DNA from: a virus
UHGV virus genome: UHGV-0342044
Direction: 5' to 3' (one strand)
Length of the DNA stretch: 19,882 bases
Shown piece by piece: positions 1 to 5,465 of the stretch; within the stretch, counting starts at the first letter, position 1; each line of letters starts with the position of its first letter. A program made the translations under genes and the position numbers. A model generated the notes under the pieces. That model was given only the letters and a program-made list of their open reading frames with translations, searched no databases and had not been told where the DNA came from.

Positions 1-482
1 TTCGTAATGACCTGGCGGATGCCTTACCGGAAAGTGCAGCCTGTAAGGCACTGAGATTACCGAAGCCTGTTGTGCCGTCTGTCACCCGGGAAAGTGACCT
101 TGTTCCTTCGGTTCCTGCCACCAGCATCATCCAGGATAAAGTGAAAAAGGTGCTGGCGCTGAAAGTGGATCCGGAGTCGCCGGAGTCTTTTATGTTACGC
201 CCAAAACGTCGCCGCTGGGTTAATGAAAAGTACACGCGCTGGGTTAAGACACAGCCGTGTGCATGTTGTGGTAAGCCTGCTGATGATCCCCACCACCTGA
301 TAGGTCACGGTCAGGGTGGAATGGGTACAAAAGCGCATGACCTCTTTGTGTTGCCTTTGTGCAGAAAGCATCACGACGAGCTGCATGCGGATACCGTGGC
401 ATTTGAAGAGAAGTATGGCTCCCAGCTGGAGCTGATATTTCGTTTTATCGATCGTGCGCTGGCAATTGGCGTGCTGGCCTGA
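1..482 (+). CDS. DUF968 family protein (YdfU-like), 5'-truncated by window edge
   Basis: Reading frame is open from the window start (frame 3) to TGA at 480-482. C-terminal Cys/His cluster (CACCGKP...[12 protein letters not shown]...[11 protein letters not shown]) resembles prophage DUF968 proteins that sit immediately upstream of Q in Qin-type prophages. The true start lies upstream of the window. Confidence 0.6.
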   Translation, partial: RNDLADALPESAACKALRLPKPVVPSVTRESDLVPSVPATSIIQDKVKKVLALKVDPESPESFMLRPKRRRWVNEKYTRWVKTQPCACCGKPADDPHHLIGHGQGGMGTKAHDLFVLPLCRKHHDELHADTVAFEEKYGSQLELIFRFIDRALAIGVLA

Positions 483-499
483 TTTTGTGGAGAAAGTTG

Positions 500-865
500 A
501 TGCGTGATATTCAAATGGTTCTTGAACGTTGGGGGGCATGGGTGGCAAATAATCACGAGGATGTCACCTGGTCGTCTATTGCTGCAGGATTTAAAGGACT
601 AATCCCTTCAAAAGTAAAATCCCGCCCGCAATGTTGTGACGATGACGCGATGATCATTTGTGGGTGCATGGCTCGCCTGAAAAAGAACAACAGCGATTTG
701 CACGATTTATTAGTGGATTATTATGTAGGTGGTATGACGTTTATGGCGCTTGCCCGTAAACATGGGCGTTCTGATTGCTGGGTTGGGCGTTTATTGCAAA
801 AGGCTGAAGGTGTAGTTGATGGCATGTTAATGATGTTAGAAATTGAGCTAGAGATGGATCGTTAG
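500..865 (+). CDS. late-gene antitermination protein Q (short QuuD / phage-82-like type)
   Basis: ATG at 500 preceded by GGAG at 489-492; the ORF track begins at a TTG at 485. Protein [14 protein letters not shown]...[18 protein letters not shown] matches from memory the short Q antiterminators of E. coli cryptic prophages. Position just before the lysis region fits. Confidence 0.75.
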   Translation: MRDIQMVLERWGAWVANNHEDVTWSSIAAGFKGLIPSKVKSRPQCCDDDAMIICGCMARLKKNNSDLHDLLVDYYVGGMTFMALARKHGRSDCWVGRLLQKAEGVVDGMLMMLEIELEMDR

Positions 866-906
866 AAGACCTCTTATTGAGGGGGTAATTGAATCAGTTT
901 AATGTG

Positions 907-938
907 TGGGGAGTCGATTTATTCTCCCCATTTTATTT
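907..938 (+). terminator. putative rho-independent terminator downstream of Q (tR'-like)
   Basis: Inverted repeat TGGGGAG (907-913) / CTCCCCA (924-930) with a 10-nt loop, followed by TTTTATTT (931-938) on the + strand. Confidence 0.45.
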
Positions 939-949
939 AATTAATTTAC

Positions 950-1396
950 TTAAGGTTTTAATTCATCAAGACGTTGTTGGATAGTGTTTTTGCTTGCGTT
1001 GTCTGTTATAGCCATTTGTTGTACTTGCCCCATTGCCATTTGAGTTTCCATCCACATATCGGCCCACACTTTTGTATCGTTATTAACTTGAGCGATAGTA
1101 AATCTGACTTTTGATACCGGGGTTGTTGAATAGGCATTGCCGATTAACATTTGTCCAAAAACAGCAGAGCCGCCTTCCAGTTCTTTACCACATATAACAC
1201 TGCTGTTATCCGCGTTGTAAATTATCAACCCTCTACTATTGCAGTAATTCACAAGGGCATCTTTGACTTTATCTTTTGTCATATTTTGATAAACCCCCTC
1301 AGGTTTTCCTGATTGAGTTTTCTTTATCAATGGTACGGAAGAAGTACAACCTGAAATGATAGTTGCGCTAAGTAATAGTACAGTCATTTTATTCAT
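950..1396 (-). CDS. putative lipoprotein (accessory moron, unknown function)
   Basis: 148-aa ORF on the minus strand with an N-terminal signal peptide and lipobox (MNKMTVLLLSATIISGC). Strongly AT-rich relative to the flanking phage genes. It is the only convincing minus-strand gene in the window. Confidence 0.7.
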   Translation of the reverse strand: MNKMTVLLLSATIISGCTSSVPLIKKTQSGKPEGVYQNMTKDKVKDALVNYCNSRGLIIYNADNSSVICGKELEGGSAVFGQMLIGNAYSTTPVSKVRFTIAQVNNDTKVWADMWMETQMAMGQVQQMAITDNASKNTIQQRLDELKP

Positions 1397-1526
1397 GTTT
1401 CTTATCCATTGTTAAGGGCATACCCACACAATTATTTTTATTGGAGATGAATAATCAACCGTTTACAATCGTAAAAAATCAAATATGCTGTTAAGAGTGG
1501 TTACTTCGCCACACAACTTAAACCCG

Positions 1527-1544
1527 CCGCTGAGCGGTTTTTTT
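1527..1544 (+). terminator. putative rho-independent terminator
   Basis: Short GC stem CCGC (1527-1530) / GCGG (1534-1537) with loop TGA, followed by a run of seven T (1538-1544) on the + strand. Confidence 0.4.
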
Positions 1545-1666
1545 GTACCTGTAAACTTGGTGCAGTACAGTAAACACGCTGGTGGTCGTGAATACTGACT
1601 TTTTATCTTGCTGGCTTTTTAGACAAGAGTTATTGGTATGTCATGTTAACCAGAAGGGGAAAAGAC

Positions 1667-1870
1667 ATGCTAAAACAGCAAGATATGACAGAAACCGCCG
1701 CCGCAGTCCTTCATTTCTTACCTGCTGACAAGTGGGTAACGCCACGCATGATGACGAGAACTGCCGGAGTAAGCGAAGCCCGGTGCCAGTTAATACTGAC
1801 CCAGTTAGTTCTGGCGGGTCTGGCGAAGGATAACGGCGGGTACGGGAATAAATTCAGACGCTGCCAGTAA
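1667..1870 (+). CDS. small hypothetical protein, possible winged-helix DNA-binding protein
   Basis: ATG at 1667 preceded by AAGGGGA (1654-1660). 67-aa product MLKQQDMTETAAAVLHFLPADKWVTPRMMTRTAGVSEARCQLILTQLVLAGLAKDNGGYGNKFRRCQ has a helix-turn-wing-like pattern. The ORF track gives a longer version from 1643. Function is inferred only. Confidence 0.5.
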   Translation: MLKQQDMTETAAAVLHFLPADKWVTPRMMTRTAGVSEARCQLILTQLVLAGLAKDNGGYGNKFRRCQ

Positions 1871-1897
1871 TGGCGGTTTCCTGCTGTGAAAATGGGC

Positions 1898-2020
1898 GGC
1901 TGGTGGGTGTTGGTAGCACCTACCAGCCATTCGCTCATGCTTACTGGTCACAAGCGAACCACGGCCCACTGCTTTAGCGCAAAAGCAGAGTGAGCCTACC
2001 AGAGTTACGCTTACTGATCC
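1898..2020 (+). promoter_or_regulatory. repeat- and hairpin-rich leader upstream of the methyltransferase gene
   Basis: Direct repeats CCTACCAG at 1919-1926 and 1995-2002; GCTTACTG(G/A)TC at 1939-1949 and 2009-2019. Hairpin TGGTAG-CAC-CTACCA at 1911-1925 and hairpin CTGCTTT-AGCGCA-AAAGCAG at 1969-1988. No Shine-Dalgarno sequence before the ATG at 2021. Confidence 0.3.
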
Positions 2021-3073
2021 ATGAAAAATACTGTAAAAATAAACAGTGTTGATTTAATCAACGCTGATTGCCTGCATTTTATTCAGTCCCTGCCTGATGA
2101 TTCCATTGACCTGATTGTTACCGATCCGCCGTACTTCAAGGTGAAACCCAACGGCTGGGACAATCAGTGGAAAGGGGACGAAGATTACCTTAAGTGGCTG
2201 GACCACTGTCTGGCCCAGTTCTGGCGGGTGTTAAAACCTGCCGGAAGCCTTTACCTGTTCTGTGGGCATCGCCTGGCATCTGATATTGAGATCATGATGC
2301 GTGAACGTTTCAACGTGCTTAACCATATCATCTGGGCGAAGCCGTCCGGACGTTGGAATGGGTGTAATAAAGAAAGTCTGCGCGCATATTTTCCTGCCAC
2401 AGAGCGCGTTCTGTTTGCTGAACATTACCAGGGGCCATATCGTGGCAAAAGTGATGGCTATGCGGCAAAAGAAAGGGAACTCAAACAGCACATAATGGCA
2501 CCGCTGATATCGTATTTCAGGGATGCTCGTGCCGAACTGGGTATAACGGCAAAACAAATTGCCGAAGCCACAGGTAAGAAAAATATGGTTTCCCACTGGT
2601 TTGGTGCCAGTCAGTGGCAGTTGCCGAATGAGGCTGACTATCGGAAGTTACAGGCACTGTTTTCCCGTATAGCGGCAGAGAAGTTTCAGGAACAACAACT
2701 GGAACAACCACACCACCAGCTGGTGGCATCTTATGATTCACTGAATCGCAAATATTCTGAATTGCTGGATGAGTTTAAATCTCTCCGGCGCTATTTCTCC
2801 GTATCAGTCTCCGTGCCTTATACCGATGTCTGGACGCATAAGCCCGTTCAGTTCTACCCGGGTAAACATCCGTGCGAGAAACCGGCGGATATGCTCCGGC
2901 AAATAATCAATGCCAGTAGTCGCCCTGGTGATCTGGTTGCTGATTTCTTTATGGGATCCGGTTCCACAATAAAAGCAGCAATGGCGCTGGGGCGTCGGGC
3001 GTTAGGTGTTGAACTTGAGTCAGAGCGGTTTAATCAGACGGTGAAAGAGGTAAGTGAACTGGTGGGGAAATAA
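2021..3073 (+). CDS. DNA methyltransferase, beta-class (N6-adenine or N4-cytosine)
   Basis: 350-aa ORF with catalytic DPPY motif near the N-terminus (IVTDPPYF) and the AdoMet-binding FxGxG motif near the C-terminus (DFFMGSGST). This circularly permuted order is typical of beta-class amino-methyltransferases. A central insertion carries an HTH-like segment (ITAKQIAEATGKKNMVSHWF). Confidence 0.85.
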   Translation: MKNTVKINSVDLINADCLHFIQSLPDDSIDLIVTDPPYFKVKPNGWDNQWKGDEDYLKWLDHCLAQFWRVLKPAGSLYLFCGHRLASDIEIMMRERFNVLNHIIWAKPSGRWNGCNKESLRAYFPATERVLFAEHYQGPYRGKSDGYAAKERELKQHIMAPLISYFRDARAELGITAKQIAEATGKKNMVSHWFGASQWQLPNEADYRKLQALFSRIAAEKFQEQQLEQPHHQLVASYDSLNRKYSELLDEFKSLRRYFSVSVSVPYTDVWTHKPVQFYPGKHPCEKPADMLRQIINASSRPGDLVADFFMGSGSTIKAAMALGRRALGVELESERFNQTVKEVSELVGK

Positions 3074-3149
3074 TTCTGGTGGCCACGTTGCGTGGCCTTT
3101 TTATTTCCAACACAGCACCCGCAAATATCGCGAGGTGAGAGATGACGAA

Positions 3150-3485
3150 ATGCCTCATAACCCAAATACCTGGCCGGACTGGCTGGAGTTGTTTCAGAGC
3201 TGGTGGCGTGGAGACACGCCGCTGGGTGCAGTGATTATGTCGATCGTTATGGCTGGTTTGCGCATCGCCTATTTTGGCGGTGGTGGTGGCTGGAAGCGAA
3301 AAACGCTCGAGATTTTGCTCTGTGGCGCTCTGACGCTGACCTTTGCATCCGCTCTTGAGTATGTCGGATGGCCTAAATCACTTTCTGTTGCCATTGGTGG
3401 CGGCGTGGGGCTGATCGGTGTCGATGCTATTCGTGGGGCTGCAATGCGAGTAATCGGTAACAAGTTTGGTGGCTCTAAGGAGTAA
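3150..3485 (+). CDS. S: holin, class I (lambda S-like)
   Basis: ATG at 3150 preceded by GAGGTGAG (3132-3139). 111-aa product begins MPHN (lambda S105 begins MPEK) and has three predicted transmembrane segments and a charged C-terminus (IRGAAMRVIGNKFGGSKE). It lies immediately upstream of the endolysin. The ORF track's longer version from 3054 overlaps the methyltransferase and is probably artefactual. Confidence 0.75.
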   Translation: MPHNPNTWPDWLELFQSWWRGDTPLGAVIMSIVMAGLRIAYFGGGGGWKRKTLEILLCGALTLTFASALEYVGWPKSLSVAIGGGVGLIGVDAIRGAAMRVIGNKFGGSKE

Positions 3486-3488
3486 TTT

Positions 3489-3965
3489 ATGCAGGTACTA
3501 AATTCCCAGCGTAAAGCTTTCCTCGATATGTTGGCGTGGTCAGAAGGAACGGATAACGGGCGACAGCCAACCCGCAATCACGGCTACGACGTTATTGTAG
3601 GTGGTGAGTTATTCACGGATTACTCCGATCATCCTCGCAAACTTGTCACGCTAAACCCCAAACTCAAATCAACAGCCGCCGGACGTTACCAGCTTCTTTC
3701 ACGCTGGTGGGATGCTTACCGTAAACAGCTTGGCCTGAAAGATTTTTCTCCAGAAAGCCAGGACGCTGTAGCTCTGCAGCAGATTAAAGAGCGTGGCGCT
3801 TTACCGATGATTGATCGCGGTGATATTCGTCAGGCTATCGACCGTTGCAGCAATATCTGGGCTTCACTACCGGGCGCTGGTTATGGTCAGTTCGAGCATA
3901 AAGTTGACAGCCTGATTGCAAAATTCAAAGAAGCAGGCGGAACGGTCAGAGAGATTGAGGTATGA
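3489..3965 (+). CDS. R: endolysin, lambda R-type lytic transglycosylase
   Basis: 158-aa product is near-identical from memory to lambda R ([20 protein letters not shown]...[23 protein letters not shown]...) including the catalytic Glu in AWSEGTD. AAGGAG Shine-Dalgarno at 3476-3481. Confidence 0.95.
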   Translation: MQVLNSQRKAFLDMLAWSEGTDNGRQPTRNHGYDVIVGGELFTDYSDHPRKLVTLNPKLKSTAAGRYQLLSRWWDAYRKQLGLKDFSPESQDAVALQQIKERGALPMIDRGDIRQAIDRCSNIWASLPGAGYGQFEHKVDSLIAKFKEAGGTVREIEV

Positions 3966-4399
3966 GCAGAGTAACCGCGATTATCTCCGCTCTGGTTATT
4001 TGTATCATCGCCTGCCTGTCATGGGCTGTTAATCATTACCGTGATAACGCCATCGCCTACAAAGAACAGCGCGATAAGGCCGCATCCATTATCGCTGACA
4101 TGCAGAAACGTCAACGTAATGTAGCTGAACTCGATGCCAGATATACAAAGGAGCTTGCTGATGCTAACGCGACTATCGAAAGTCTCCGTGCTGATGTTTC
4201 TGCTGGGCGTAAGCGCCTGCAAGTCGCCGCCACCTGTGCAAAGTCAACGACCGGAGCCAGCGGCATGGGCGATGGAGAAAGCCCAAGACTTACAGCAGAT
4301 GCTGAACTCAATTATTACCGTCTCCGAAGTGGAATCGACAGGATAACCGCGCAGGTTAACTACCTGCAGGAGTACATCAGGACGCAATGTCTGAATTAA
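3962..4399 (+). CDS. Rz: i-spanin Rz
   Basis: Start overlaps the R stop (ATGA). N-terminal transmembrane segment [31 protein letters not shown] is near-identical to lambda Rz, followed by a coiled-coil periplasmic domain. Confidence 0.9.
   Translation: MSRVTAIISALVICIIACLSWAVNHYRDNAIAYKEQRDKAASIIADMQKRQRNVAELDARYTKELADANATIESLRADVSAGRKRLQVAATCAKSTTGASGMGDGESPRLTADAELNYYRLRSGIDRITAQVNYLQEYIRTQCLN
4161..4346 (+). CDS. Rz1: o-spanin Rz1 (lipoprotein), embedded in the +1 frame of Rz
   Basis: ATG at 4161 preceded by AAGGAG (4148-4153). Product has a signal peptide with lipobox (LLGVSAC) followed by a Pro-rich segment ([13 protein letters not shown]), the hallmark of Rz1. It lies entirely within Rz in another frame, as in lambda. 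Confidence 0.8.
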   Translation: MLTRLSKVSVLMFLLGVSACKSPPPVQSQRPEPAAWAMEKAQDLQQMLNSIITVSEVESTG

Positions 4400-4402
4400 C
4401 AG

Positions 4403-4428
4403 AGCCAGCTTAATTGCTGGCTTTTTTG
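4403..4428 (+). terminator. rho-independent terminator after the lysis cassette
   Basis: AGCCAGC (4403-4409) / GCTGGCT (4416-4422) stem with loop TTAATT, followed by TTTTTT (4423-4428), directly after the Rz stop. Confidence 0.6.
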
Positions 4429-4749
4429 TTTCCGGGGCCAATCAATTAAGCACACAGTATCGTGACACAATCATGCGTCGCATCGTCGCCGTATTCCCGT
4501 ATTAACAGAGACCGTAGCCCGACGGGGAACTCCTTCTGCGCGAGTATGCGGGAATAATCAAAAACGATGCACACCGGGTTTTTACCGCGTTTATGGTTCG
4601 CGGGTTTGTCCCTCATGCTCGCCAGTCCTGTGCGGGGGTGGAAGAAACAGGACACTTACACAGATTCTTGTGGGCACGATGCTATGTCTTTCTGGATTAT
4701 CTCGATGCCATTCATGCAAGGCGCTGTATCAGACGTTCGTCAGAGCTGT

Positions 4750-4810
4750 CAGGCTGACGGGTCCTCCCTGTGGGGTGGCCTGCCACGGGGCGGGAGCGTC
4801 GCGGAAAAAG
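4750..4810. other. cos site (cosQ-cosN region), lambda-like
   Basis: The sequence GACGGGTCCT...CCACG-GGGCGGGAGCGT-CGCGG aligns from memory with the lambda right-end / cosN / left-end junction (ACGGGTCCTTTCCGGTGATCCGACAGGTTACG-GGGCGGCGACCT-CGCGGG). It sits about 175 bp upstream of the small terminase gene. Confidence 0.6.
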
Positions 4811-4884
4811 GCTAGTTTTTGCATTTTTATCGGCCACCATCATCTTTGCATCTTATTGATTATTAATGGTTATTTGTTTTTTGT

Positions 4885-4951
4885 ATGTCGAATTGAGTGT
4901 TTTTTGTTCGACATCGAACGCGTTTTCTTAAAGTTGTTCGCACGATGCATG
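4885..4951. repeat. cosB-like region with TCGA-core inverted repeats (candidate small-terminase binding sites)
   Basis: ATGTCGAA (4885-4892) and its reverse complement TTCGACAT (4907-4914); imperfect palindrome GTTCGA-CA-TCGAAC (4906-4919); a related GTTCGCACG at 4936-4944. All lie between the predicted cosN and the small terminase start. Confidence 0.35.
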
Positions 4952-4973
4952 TTTAAAGCTCTCCGGAGGAAAT

Positions 4974-5465
4974 ATGGATCATGAGTTGAAAAACCTGGTG
5001 CTGAATATTAATCAACTGGCGGCTTTATCTGGTCTGCACCGCCAGACTGTCGTGGCAAGACTGAAAAACATTCGTCCCGCTGGTGGACATGACAAACTCA
5101 AGCTATACCGGTTGACCGATATTCTGACTGAATTTATGGGGTTACCACCGCCGGTTGCTGAGGGCGAAATGGATCCACATGAACGCAAAGCCTGGTATCA
5201 GTCTGAACGTGAGCGTCTTAAGTTCGAACAGGAAACGGCACAACTCATTCCGGCCAGTGATGTCAGACGGGAGTTTGCCATCTGGGCAAAAGCGGTCGTG
5301 CAGGTGCTGGAGACATTACCGGATATTCTGGAACGTGACTGCGGCCTGCAGCCTGCCGCTGTGAGCCGTGTTCAGTCCATTATTGATGATCTGCGCGATC
5401 AGATAGCCCTGCGGGTGACCGAAGCAGGTGCGGATGATGAGGAGGAATTACAGCAGGAGGAGTAA
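4974..5465 (+). CDS. terminase small subunit (Nu1-like, N-terminal HTH)
   Basis: GGAGGA Shine-Dalgarno at 4965-4970. 163-aa product has an N-terminal HTH-like segment (LNINQLAALSGLHRQTVVARLKN) and an acidic C-terminus. Stop overlaps the large terminase start (TAATG), and it lies immediately downstream of cos. Confidence 0.75.
   Translation: MDHELKNLVLNINQLAALSGLHRQTVVARLKNIRPAGGHDKLKLYRLTDILTEFMGLPPPVAEGEMDPHERKAWYQSERERLKFEQETAQLIPASDVRREFAIWAKAVVQVLETLPDILERDCGLQPAAVSRVQSIIDDLRDQIALRVTEAGADDEEELQQEE

Noticed and set aside
1538-1551. 14-nt exact repeat TTTTTTTGTACCTG at 1538-1551 and 11293-11306, and 13-nt repeat TTGCTGGCTTTTT at 1598-1610 and 4415-4427
   Set aside because: Both are low-complexity terminator-tail sequences. 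A single 13- to 14-mer coincidence is about what chance predicts in 20 kb, and there is no extended flanking similarity suggesting duplication.
1711-1938. 75-aa minus-strand ORF antisense to the small 1667-1870 ORF
   Set aside because: It overlaps the better-supported + strand ORF, which has a Shine-Dalgarno sequence, and its Pro/Trp-rich translation is typical of an antisense artefact.
866-2020. Expected stx toxin genes or tRNA genes in the Q-to-lysis moron slot
   Set aside because: No ORF resembles an AB5 toxin A or B subunit, and no segment shows tRNA cloverleaf hallmarks such as a GTTCRANYC T-loop with a 7-bp acceptor stem. The cargo here is different.
3054-3149. Upstream extension of the holin ORF (MNWWGNNSGG...) overlapping the methyltransferase 3' end
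   Set aside because: The ATG at 3150 has a well-spaced GAGGTGAG ribosome-binding site and gives a lambda S-like MPxx N-terminus; the extension overlaps the methyltransferase stop and has no ribosome-binding site.
4446-4655. 69-aa minus-strand ORF in the position where lambda carries bor
   Set aside because: No signal peptide or lipobox, no recognisable ribosome-binding site, and it overlaps the 4492-4556 inverted repeat. There is insufficient evidence for a gene.
4567-4984. Plus-strand ORFs 4567-4815 and 4670-4984 in the Rz-to-cos interval
   Set aside because: They run straight through the predicted cos site and cosB repeats, have Cys/Arg-rich low-complexity translations, and lack ribosome-binding sites. 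They are more plausibly non-coding packaging DNA.
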